Below are positions 37,766 to 48,172 of a DNA stretch of 64,000 bases, piece by piece. The stretch is taken from NCBI GenBank assembly GCA_043228905.1, contig JBHGNT010000016.1, positions 9,734,001 through 9,798,000 of the forward strand, in the 5' to 3' direction. Each line of letters opens with the position of its first letter. Position 1 is the stretch's first letter. Both the position numbers and the translations under genes were made by a program. Under the pieces are notes generated by a model, which had not been told where the DNA came from, ran no database searches, and saw nothing but the letters and a program-made list of their open reading frames with translations. The DNA is from Azolla caroliniana (Eukaryota > Plantae > Polypodiophyta).

Positions 37766-38662
37766 TGTTAATTTGTGTATGTCTCATGTCTCACATTCCA
37801 TGTCTAGTTTTTGCTCCGATCTATGACAAGGGGTTTCATGTGAGACCTTTTCTCTCACAACCTCGAATCTATGATATGATTGTGCTTGATTAACTGTTCC
37901 AATTGATGATTGGCTCTTCTTTGTTTGCCGAGAGAAAGTCTTACCGTCCTAAAATGATCTTGGGCAGTCCTAGCATGGGAGTAACCGAATTAATATTCAT
38001 AGGAAGATTTTAAATGAGTCCCTTAAATACTCAAATTAAACATCTATCGATTTCCACTTTCTCTTGATTAGTCAAGTGTAAATTTCTCAAAGCAAATGCC
38101 CAATTCCTCATTCCGGACAGTAAAAGTAGAGTTTCCATTCCTGACAAATAATCGCATTTACGCTAATTTCGGGTTTAGAGTTTCCATTCCTCACAATCAA
38201 TTATGCAGCTACTCTTAACTAAACACATTTGATAGTTTCCAGTGGCTACTCTAGAAGTGAACATCAATCGTATTTACGTTAATGAGAAGGCCGCACTCTT
38301 TTTGTTCCGCCCTACATAGCTATAGATGAGATGGTGTAGTCGATCACAATTTACAAGGCTGAAATGAAAATGCAGGCACTGATGTTGGTGTTTCAACTAC
38401 GACAGCTCAGCCAAACAGAAAACAGAGTGTGCTTCCAAAGACATCCAACCACAACCACAGATACGGCATCATCAAATAATTAGAGAGAGAGAGAGAGAGA
38501 GTCCATGAAAACTGAAAAAAAGAAAAAGAAAAAGAAAAAGAGGAATATAAGCAGAGTGCTAGATTACATTTCGAAATCCCAAGATGACGACGACGAATTA
38601 GAAACATAGGGAGGTCGGGGCTGACCCTGAGAGAAAACTTAGGCTAATGAATGATGTTTTTC

Positions 38663-39037
38663 TCATTTGCCATAGCCGAAGCAGCAAGATGCAGTCGGGG
38701 TCTGCACACAGATAGTGGGGCACTTGTTCTTCTTCTTCTTTCCGTCAATAGGAGCATCAGCCAGGGCAGAATCAGATCCTCCGGGGGTGGAGAGCAGGGA
38801 AGTGGTAGCAGAGAGAGCGAGGAGAGCAGCTCCAAAAAGGACTGCACGCCTCCTGCTGTTGTTGTTGCTGCTGCTATTCTCGCTAGAAGAAGAAGAAGAA
38901 GCTCTAACGACGGCGGCGGCAGGACGTGCGCTGGTGGGAAGCCTCCTGATGATGAAGGCCCCCCCGCCCATCGACGGAGATGCAGAGGAGGCCAAGGAGG
39001 AGCAGGTAGCAGATGTGGTGAAGGTCGCCATGGCCAT
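38663..39037 (-). CDS. psbTn: Photosystem II 5-kDa lumenal protein PsbTn-like precursor (124 aa, intronless)
   Basis: Ser/Ala-rich transit peptide (..VVRA), twin-Arg SRRRAVL plus hydrophobic core, ALA cleavage site; mature DAPIDGKKKKNKCPTICVQTPTASCCFGYGK resembles PsbTn KKKYAPICVTMPTARIC. Confidence 0.85.
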   Translation of the reverse strand: MAMATFTTSATCSSLASSASPSMGGGAFIIRRLPTSARPAAAVVRASSSSSSENSSSNNNSRRRAVLFGAALLALSATTSLLSTPGGSDSALADAPIDGKKKKNKCPTICVQTPTASCCFGYGK

Positions 39038-39069
39038 GGACAGCTTCTTCTTCTTCTTCTTCTTCCGTT

Positions 39070-39108
<39 letters not shown>

Positions 39109-39242
39109 CTGTGATACTTTGTTTTGTTTTTTGTTTTTGTGAGCAGCCGAGGCAATAGTGTATGATTTGATTTAGATTTAGATTTACTCTACTCACTAGA
39201 TCAGATGTGTATGTGTGGATGTGTGTGTGTGTGTGTGTGTTG

Positions 39243-39339
39243 CCACATTATCCTCTTCCTTATCTTCTTCTCTTCACTTCTTTTTCCCGCTCCTCTCCTC
39301 TTCTTCCACCTGGACCTTTTCTCTTCTCTCTTTCTTATC
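39243..39339 (-). promoter_or_regulatory. Putative light-responsive I-box/GATA motifs upstream of psbTn
   Basis: GATAAG on the minus strand at 39259-39264 and 39334-39339, and GGATAATGTGG at ~39243-39253; short motifs only. Confidence 0.35.
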
Positions 39340-39559
39340 TGCAACCAACTAAAACAAAGCAAGGAACTCTATTTTATTTATTTATTATTATCACTTGAGG
39401 AGGAGATAGCGAGAGAGCAAACAAAAGAAGGCCACCGGACCCGATGCGTGCGCATGCACACACACACACACACACACATATGCATGCAAAGCACTTCAGT
39501 CAAATTTTGTTGTCCCATTGACGAAAGCCAAATGGTGGTGTGCGTGCATCACCTTACAT

Positions 39560-40671
39560 TGTGAAAATGGTAACGTGCGGAAACGTTTAGACAGAATCAA
39601 CTCAGCCGGATAGCAACAGAGAATAAGATGAAGGTTTAATGGAGAAGCTTAATACACAGAGACTATACGTGGGAGAGACAGAGAGAGCAGAACGTAAACG
39701 TAGATTCAAAATAATAAAAACACTTTGTACATACAATGTGCTATAACAACACTATTTATACAAAGTCCATAAAGGACTGACTGAAGTACTAACAAGTACT
39801 TCAATGCTAATACGAGCGACTGACAGTAACTACGAGACAATGATTACCTAGTAGTCTAGGCTATTACTAGGCGTCAGGTTCCCACTCGAATCCAGCTCTC
39901 TGATCCGTCTCACTAATTCGACCGGTTGTATCTGGATACCATTCGGATACCGATCCAGCTCCCCAATCCGGATCCGGTTGAGCTTGCTCGCTCAACACTC
40001 CCCCTCAAGCTCAACTTGAGGTCGGATTGTGATGTCAGTGTCTGTGGCAGTCGGTTCTTCTACCCGGCTCCTTCCGGCGTTAATTCGCCTTGCTCGACTC
40101 CTCGTCCAGTTCGGTCTTGCTTGCCGTGGCCCTTCTGGTTCGGCGCACCTCGACCTCCTCGGTCGACTTGTCTACTCAACAGGCCCATTTCAGTTCCCAC
40201 ACTGTTGCGATTCCGACGCTTGTCGACCCGTCGGTTCCTTCGTGTTGGCGTTGACTTCCGCTGCGTCCGTGTCCGCTTGGTCTTTAGTTGATCCGTCTTC
40301 TCCGAATCTTGAACCGAATTGGCTTCCTCTAATTCGTTCCAGCTCTTGTCTAAGTTGGTAGTTTCCAACTCGTTTTTTGTTTTTAGGCCCTTCACCACAT
40401 CGGACCACGTCTAGGTCTTGGCATTCTTCCGGTTGGCTCTGTCCTTCTTGACTTTGCCGCCGCTGCCGCTTGCTCCGACTTGTTCGGATGTGTCGACTCC
40501 CTTGGTCGACTCGGCTCCCTTTTCTTGCTCATCTCCCCCCATGGTTCTATCTTCCTCTCTGGCTCCTTGTCTGGTGCCATCACCAATGTCTTTGCTCGTT
40601 CCTGTTCTCCCCCTCAAGTGCGGCACGTTGAGATGTTGTACACCAAGCATTTCAGTGAAGTGCTGCAACTT
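39560..40671 (-). mobile_element. Copia copy A: RNase H end, 3' extension, PPT and 3' LTR (39560-39997)
   Basis: QHFTEMLGVQHLNVPHLRGR; PPT CTTGAGGGGGAG at 39998-40009; LTR very similar to 48173-48597. Confidence 0.88.
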
Positions 40672-40858
40672 TTATCGAAAAACTATTCAATTTTCGAAAT
40701 GATCATTTTGACACTTGTTAAATCTCAAAAAATCAGCAATTTTTATATGTTATTTAAAACACGTGATATTAGTGTATCAAGTTTTTGAAAATTGTCTAAA
40801 ATCGCAAGATTATAAAAGTGTGAAAGATTGCTTGCGGAAGCGTTAGAAAGAACAATAC

Positions 40859-40897
<39 letters not shown>

Positions 40898-40959
40898 AAA
40901 ACACACTATTTTTCAAAATTATATGAATACTCTGTGCTCTGTATCTACAACGTGCTCAT

Positions 40960-41686
40960 CAGCACTATTTATACAAGTCCACACAGGACTGTTAGAAGTA
41001 CGGTATACTTCAATGCTCACACGAGCATTTGACACTAACTACGAGACTATAACTGCCTAGTAGTCTAACCTATACTAGGCTTCCGGTTACGGATTGGATC
41101 CGGCATACCAGCTCCCCAGCTCACCGGTCCTTACTACTTACCGGCTCGGTTGCTCACCGGCATACCGATTCATCTCGCTTATTCAGCACTATTTATACAA
41201 GTCCACACAGGACTGTTAGAAGTACGGTATACTTCAATGCTCACACGAGCATTTGACACTAACTACGAGACTATAACTGCCTAGTAGTCTAACCTATACT
41301 AGGCTTCCGGTTACGGATTGGATCCGGCATACCAGCTCCCCAGCTCACCGGTCCTTACTACTTACCGGCTCGGTTGCTCACCGGCATACCGATTCATCTC
41401 GCTTATTCAGCCGATCCGGCTCCGGTTAAGCTTGCCGCTCAACACTCCCCCTCAAACTCAACCTACAAGCATTTGACACTAACTACGAGACTATAACTGC
41501 CTAGTAGTCTAACCTATACTAGGCTTCCAGTTACGGATTGGATCCGGCATACCGGCTCCCCAGCTCACCGGTCCTTACTGCTTACCGGCTCCGTTGCTCA
41601 CCGGCATACCGATTCATCTCGCTTATTCAGCCGATCCGGCTCCGGTTGAGCTTGCCGCTCAACACTCCCCCTCAAGCTCAACCTGA
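40960..41686. repeat. ~220-bp unit present three times in the 3' LTR of Copia B
   Basis: The AGCATTTGACACTAACTACGAGAC...CTCGCTTATTCAG block starts at ~41023, ~41247 and ~41467. Confidence 0.9.
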
Positions 41687-41946
41687 GGTAGGGTCGTAGT
41701 GTCAACCTCTATGGCAACCGGTTCTCCCAACCGACTTCTCCTAGCGTCGCTTTGCCTTACTCACGCTCCTTGTCCGGTCCGGTCCCGTTTGCCACGACCC
41801 CTTCGGTTCTGCGTGCCTCGACCTTCGGCATGTCTGCTCAATAGGCCCATCTCAGCTCCTTCGCTTCTATGACTCCGGCGCTTGCCGATCCGTCGGTTCC
41901 TCCGCGATGGCATCGACTTCCGCTGCGTCCGTGTCTCGTTGGCCTC

Positions 41947-44900
41947 TCATTGATCCGACTCATCCGGATCCGTTAGTTGATCCAAATCAGCTGTCTCCGA
42001 CTCGTTCCAACTCTTGTCCAAATCAGTATCCTCCGATTCGATTTTCGGCTTTAGGCCTCTCACCACATTGGACCACGTTTGGGTCTTGGCCTTCTCTGTG
42101 CTTCCCTTGGCTTCTTCAGCCAGTTCACCGACTTGTTCGGATGTGCCGACTTCCTTCGTCGACTCGGCTTCATTTTTCTTCTTGTCTCCACCTCTACTGG
42201 TTCTTCTCTTACCTACGGGTTCAACAGTTTTTTTGCCTTTGCCTGTTTCGGTAGTGTCTTTGCCCTTGTGTCTCCCCCTCAAGTGCGACACGTCGAGATG
42301 CTGAACACCAAGCATTTCGGTAAAGTGTTGCAACTTGTCCGACCCGAGCGGCTCGGTGAAGATGTCGACAACTTGCCGATCCGTGTGAACATACCGTAGC
42401 TCAACTTCACCGCTCAGGACCTGCTCATGCACGAAGTGATAATGCACTTCAATGTGCTTTGTGCGTGTATGGAACACAGGGTTCTTGGCGAGCTGCATGC
42501 TACTGAGGTTATCATAGTAGATCAGGATCGGGGTTGGTACCTCGATCCGCAAGTCTTGCAGTAGCCGCCGAAGCCAAATGGCTTCGCAGGTGGCAATGGT
42601 CACGCCCCGGTATTCAGCCTCAATGCTAGATAGAGCCACTGTTGGCTGCTTTTTGCTGCTCCACGCAACAACCGCGCTCCCAAGAGAAAACATAAAACCG
42701 GAAGTTGAGCGACAATCCGTTGCATCGCCAACCCAGTCGGCATCCGTGTAGCCGACAAGCTCTTCGGTTATACCTTGCCGGTATAAGAGCTCCTGGTCCT
42801 TAGTGCCGCTTACATACTTCAGTATTCATTGCGCGCACTGTAGGTGCTCCACGGTCGGCTTCTGCATGAATTGGCTTATCACTCCGACCGGATAGCTAAT
42901 GTTGGGTCGGGTGATGGTCAACTAGATCAGGCTTCCGACTATTTGTCAGAACCGTTTCTCATTGCAGGCTGGTCCGGAGTTGGGACGGATCTTCTGATTC
43001 CGGTCCAGGGGTGTGGAGACAGGTCGGCATTTCGTCATGCCGAACTTGTACAGTATATTCAACACATAATGGCGTTGAGAAAGCAATATGCCGTTGGGGG
43101 TGCGGATCACCTCGATCCCAGAAAAATAATGAAGGTCCCCCAAGTCCTTCATATCTAATGCGTCCGACAACTGGGACTTGACGCGGTTGATTTCCAGAAG
43201 ACCTGGGCCAGTGATGACTAAATCATCAACATAGAGTAAGATACATACCAGACCGTTTGAGCCTTGATGGATGAACAGGGAAGAGTCCGACTTAGAGGCA
43301 ACAAACCCCATCTTTCGCAACCGGTGCGTGATCTTAGCATTCCAAGCACGGGGGGCTTGCTTCAAGCCGTACAACGACTTCCTCAACCGGCATACCGCCG
43401 ACTTGTTCACCTCCGACTGAAATCCGGGGGGCTGAGTCATAACGACTTCTTCTTCAAGATCTCCTTGAAGGAAGGCATTCTTCACATCCATCTGATGAAG
43501 ATGCCACCCCCTTGCCGCAACAACCGCCAATACCACACGAACCGTCGTCATCTTTGCTACAGGAGCGAAGGTCTCGTCGTAGTCGATTCTGTGGGTCTGC
43601 GCATATCCCTTCGCCACTAACCGGGCCTTGTACCGGTTAACTGTACCGTCGGCATTGTACTTTACCTTGTACACCCACTTGCATCCGATCGGTTTACAGT
43701 GACGGGGAGGGTCAACCAGGTCCCAAGTTTCGTTGGCATCAAGTGCCTGCATTTCTTCCTCCATAGCGGCACACCAATTTGCGTCCTTTGCCGCTTGTGC
43801 ATAGCTCTCCGGCTCACGCACTTCCGCGACCTTGGTCATGTATGCATAATGATGCACCATGTACTCGTTATACCCGTACCGTTTAACGGGATCCTTCTGG
43901 CGGGTGGACCGGCGTAACTCACTGTTACCCGGTATGAGACCCTTCTTGGACGGTTCGGTCTTCGTTCCCGAAGATCTGCCTATCTCCTACGCACCGATCT
44001 GACTTATCATTGCCGGTCTCGAATTCCGGCATCTTCTGCTTCCCTTTCTCTTTGCGTGTGAACCGTCTCCTCAGTTCCTTGTGCGGGGAGAGCACGACAG
44101 AGTCTCCACTACTCGCCGTCTCATCATCCGACTGGTTGGACTGATCCAGTCTCTCATTCAGTCCGCTTAACCGGAACGATTCCGGACTCTCATCTTGAGT
44201 CCCGGCTTCATCTTTCTCTACCTGGGCCGGTTCGGGCTCACTAGCCCCATCCTCCGACATCGGGTCGGGATCGGAAGTCGGAGTCGGTAAGGAATACCAC
44301 GATGACGATTCATCAAACTCGACATCTCGGCTGACTCGGACCTGCTTCGTCCAGGGGTTATAACACTTATACCCCTTTTGCTCTTGAGCATAGCCGACTA
44401 GGATGCATTTTTCCGATTTTGCATCCAGCTTTCGCCGCTTCTCATCCGGCACATGTACATAGGCTATGCTGCCGAATATCCGGAGGTGTCTCAAATTCGG
44501 CTTGCGCCCGAAATACAGCTCGTGAGCTGACACCTTGTCCCCGATCCGGTTCTGGATGTAAACGACCGTTTGGACCGCCTCCGCCCAGTAGAACTTGGGC
44601 ATGCTCTTTTCTTCCAGCATTGCCCTAGCCGCGTCAATCAGCGACCGATTCTTCCTTTCGGCCACACCGTTCTTTTGCGGTGTGTATCTGCAGCTGAATT
44701 CTCGCCGAATTCCTTTTTGTTGTAGATAGCTATTGAATTGGCCAGAAAAGTACTCTTTTCCGCCATCTGACCGTAGGCATTTGATCTTCCTCTCTGATTC
44801 CCGTTCCACCATCTTCTGGAGGCTCCGGAAACACTCGAAGACTTCGCTCTTCCACTCAATGAGGTAGATCCACGTATGCCGCGTGTAGTCGTCAATGAAG

Positions 44901-46559
44901 GAGACGAAATATCGACTCTCGCCAATGCTAACATTTTGTGCCGGTCCCCACACATCCGAATGGATAAGATCGAGCTTGTTATGGCTTCGATTTCTTTCGG
45001 TGGGGAATGGAAGCCGGTGTTGCTTCCCGAGTTGGCAGGCTTCACAAATCTAGGCTCTCCGGCCGCTAAACTTCGGCAAACCGAAAAAGACTTGTTCCGT
45101 TTGCGGGTCTTGAAGCCTCTGGTAGTTGACATGGCCGATCCGCTTGTGCCACAGGTTGATATCCGACTCGACCTTCTGTCCTTTGGCGAACAGTGCGGTG
45201 CCGGCGTCATTGGTGTTGAGGATAAACATCCTCCCATCTCTGCGCCCTTACGCAATAACTTCGCCCTCATCCTCAATGAAGTACCCGAGGTGCGTAAACC
45301 ACACCTGCATCCCCTGGTCGACGATCTGTCTGACTGACACCAGGTTCTTCGTGGTCGTCGGAACATGTAATACATTCATCAGCTTCCCCCTCTGTCCGAC
45401 GTGGCTCAAAGGGACTTCTTCGACGTGCACGATCGGGGTGGGGAGTGTCGTCTCCGGTTTCGACAACTCTCGGTTGATCCGGCTTCTCCAAAAAGGAGAA
45501 CCACTCCTCATGGCTCGTCATGTGGTTCGATGCGCCAGAGTCAACGTACCACACTTCCTCCGATTTGGAAGTGGTCTTCTTCATTGAGTTTGGCTTGTGC
45601 TTCATCACCAAGGCTGGCTCCTTACCATTCTTGGATCCTCCCAATCCGTTTGCGTAGTGCGAGCTTTGCCGGCCTTCCTTATCGGTCTTGCCGGATCCGG
45701 ATTTGTCCGAATCGGCACACTTTCTCCAGCACTCGCTTTCCCTGTGGCCCTTTTTGCCATAGTACCAGCATTCCGTAGTGGATTTGTCCTGCCGGCCTCC
45801 AGCACCACCTTGACTCCCCCTACTTGTGGAAGTCTCGGAACTGCTGTCGGCACACTCATTGTGCCTTCGTTCCTGCTCTTGCTGGCCGCCTCCAATGCGT
45901 GCTGACCTACCTCGTCCGCCACACCCGCGGGACTGATCCGCTCCCGTGTACAACATCCGGTTGTCTGGGGATGCACTAGTAGATGCACCGGCGTGGTTCT
46001 CCTCTACAAGGAGCATCGACTATAAGTCGAAAAATAAGGGTGTATTCTCCCTTGTACAAACCGCAGTCCGGAAAGCTCCGAACTTGGACGCCAAGCCTCC
46101 AAGACAGACTTGCACCATCTCGTCTTCCTCTACGGTGATGTTAATAGAGGTAAGCAAGTCACAGATCCCTTTGATCCGGGCTGTGTAATCTGCCACCGAC
46201 ATGTTCTTCTGTCGAACATTGCTCAACTCTTGTTTGAGTTGCAACTTCCGGGCAGTGGTGCTTGTGGCGAGGACCTTTTTCAAGTTTCCCCAAGCATCCT
46301 TAAGTGTCTTGGCTTCACGGATATGGCTGAGTAGCTGGTCACCGACACTGGACGTGAAGCAGTACATCACCCTGCTTGCCGCCTGTTCCCACACTGGGAA
46401 GTCCTTGTGTGTCGTCTCTGGTGCTGAGTCGTTCACTCCGTCGACATAACTCCAGTAGCCATGCCCAAGCAGGTACTGGTGCATCTTGTATGACCAAGAT
46501 GCGTAGTTGGTTCTGTCGAGCTTCTCCACCAGGAGCGACGTAGCCATACCTCTGTCCAT
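41947..46559 (-). pseudogene. Copia B gag-pol polyprotein with a few stops and frameshifts, plus a C-terminal extension
   Basis: KLDRTNYASWSYKM; WYVDSGASNHM; FIDDYTRHTW, LRSDGGKEY, NGVAERKNR; QMDVKNAFLQG, LYVDDL; [19 protein letters not shown]. Confidence 0.93.
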
Positions 46560-46715
46560 TTCTCCTTTTGTGTCTGTTTTTCGATGTGTTAGGGTTTCCT
46601 TCACAAGCATAGATGTCTGCAGGAGAGGTTCTCAACCCACGCGCTCTGGTACCATGTGAAAGATTTCTTGCGGAAGCGTTAGAAAGAACAATACACAAAG
46701 AGAGAGAGAGTACGC

Positions 46716-46755
<40 letters not shown>

Positions 46756-47489
46756 AAAACACACTATTTTTCAAAATTATATGAATACTCTGTGCTCTGT
46801 ATCTACAACGCGCTCATCAGCGCTATTTATACAAGTCCATACTGGACTGTTAGAAGTACGGTGTACTTCAATGCTCACACGAGCATCTGACACTAACTAC
46901 GAGACTATAACTACCTAGTAGTCTAACCTATACTAGGCTTCCGGTTACGGATTGGATCTGGCATACTGGCTCCCTAGCTCACCGGTCCTTATTGCTTACC
47001 GGCTCGGTTGCTCACCGGCATACCAATTCATCTCGCTTATTCAGCCGATCCGGCTCCGGTTGAGCTTGCCTCTCAACAAAAAGGAATGAGCTATCCTTCT
47101 ACTTATGAACGCAAATGTGTTGTTGGTTTGTAAGCGCATTAGGGTTAATATAATTGTTTTCTATTGAGGTAACTTTGTGTCCAAATTGTGGTCTAATTGT
47201 GCTTCGTAACTTAACTGAGTAAGTTGAATCAGTTGTGGCTGATTCAGATAGTAAAATAGTTATCTCAATACAGCGAGGTGATCAAGATAGATTAATTTAT
47301 ACATTTATATTATCTATCTATTTATAACTGATTAGTTATAAACCCATCTCTCCAATCATAATCTTCTTGATAGGGTACTTAGAGAGTAAGTATTTGACTT
47401 GTGTACTACCAAGAGGGTAGTAACATTTGTTTGTCTGTCCTTGCTTGTCAACTGTCTAGCTTGAGCTAAACCTAAAAGTCGGTCAAGTC

Positions 47490-48172
47490 TAGCCAGAAAG
47501 TTGCAGCAAGAGCTCAACAATATCTAACAAAAGGATATGTCGGTGGCTGACTATACCTCCACAATCAAGGAGATTTGCGACTCACAAGGCTTCATCAACA
47601 TGATGGTGGAGGAAGACGAAATGGTGTAGATCTTCTTGGGAGGGTTAGCTTAGAGGTTCGAACCATTCAAGACGGTTATACATACTTGAGAGAAGCCACC
47701 TTCCTTCTTCGACTTACACTCCATGCTATTAGTAGAAGTAAATCACACATGGATGACGGGGAGTGTGCCCTCTAACAGTCAAAGGTTGTACACGGAAGTA
47801 GGTCCGCCCCGTGATCGTGGTTGGCCGAAACGAACAAATGACTAATGCACAATCCAACAACAAGTCAAGGACCCTCTACAAGAAGGGCAAGTCGACAAAG
47901 TAGGTCGACTAATTGCTAGTATTGTAGCAAGAGAGGCCATAGAGAAAGAAGAAATAGACCGATTCAGGTAGTGTTGGTTCAGGTAGGGCCAAATGGGGAA
48001 GCCGACATAGATCTAATTACACCTGTGTTGAGTGACGATCAGGAAATGATCCAACCTTCATGATGAAGCACAACATATATTCGATGAAGGCATAACTTCA
48101 AAGAAAAAAGAGGTGTGATATGTCGACCTAGGCACATCAAATCATATGGCAAACCATGAAGAATGGTTCACA
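47490..48172 (+). pseudogene. Decayed Copia gag-protease fragment (same family)
   Basis: ARKLQQELNNI*QKDMSVADYT..EDEMV; YVDLGTSNHMANHEEWF. Confidence 0.75.

Larger units (their letters stand above)
40819..47078 (-). mobile_element. Copia copy B: full-length element with TSD AAAAG
   Basis: 5' LTR 46655-47078; PBS TGGTACCAGAGC at 46643-46654; gag-PR-IN-RT-RH; 3' LTR region 40819-41664; TSD at 40814-40818 and 47079-47083. Confidence 0.95.

Noticed and set aside
38663-39196. 177-aa version of the psbTn ORF and overlapping plus-strand ORFs (38651-39142, 38715-39158)
   Set aside because: The N-terminal extension is translated (GA)n/(GAA)n 5' UTR microsatellite. The transit peptide starts at MAMAT (39037), and the plus-strand ORFs are antisense shadows.
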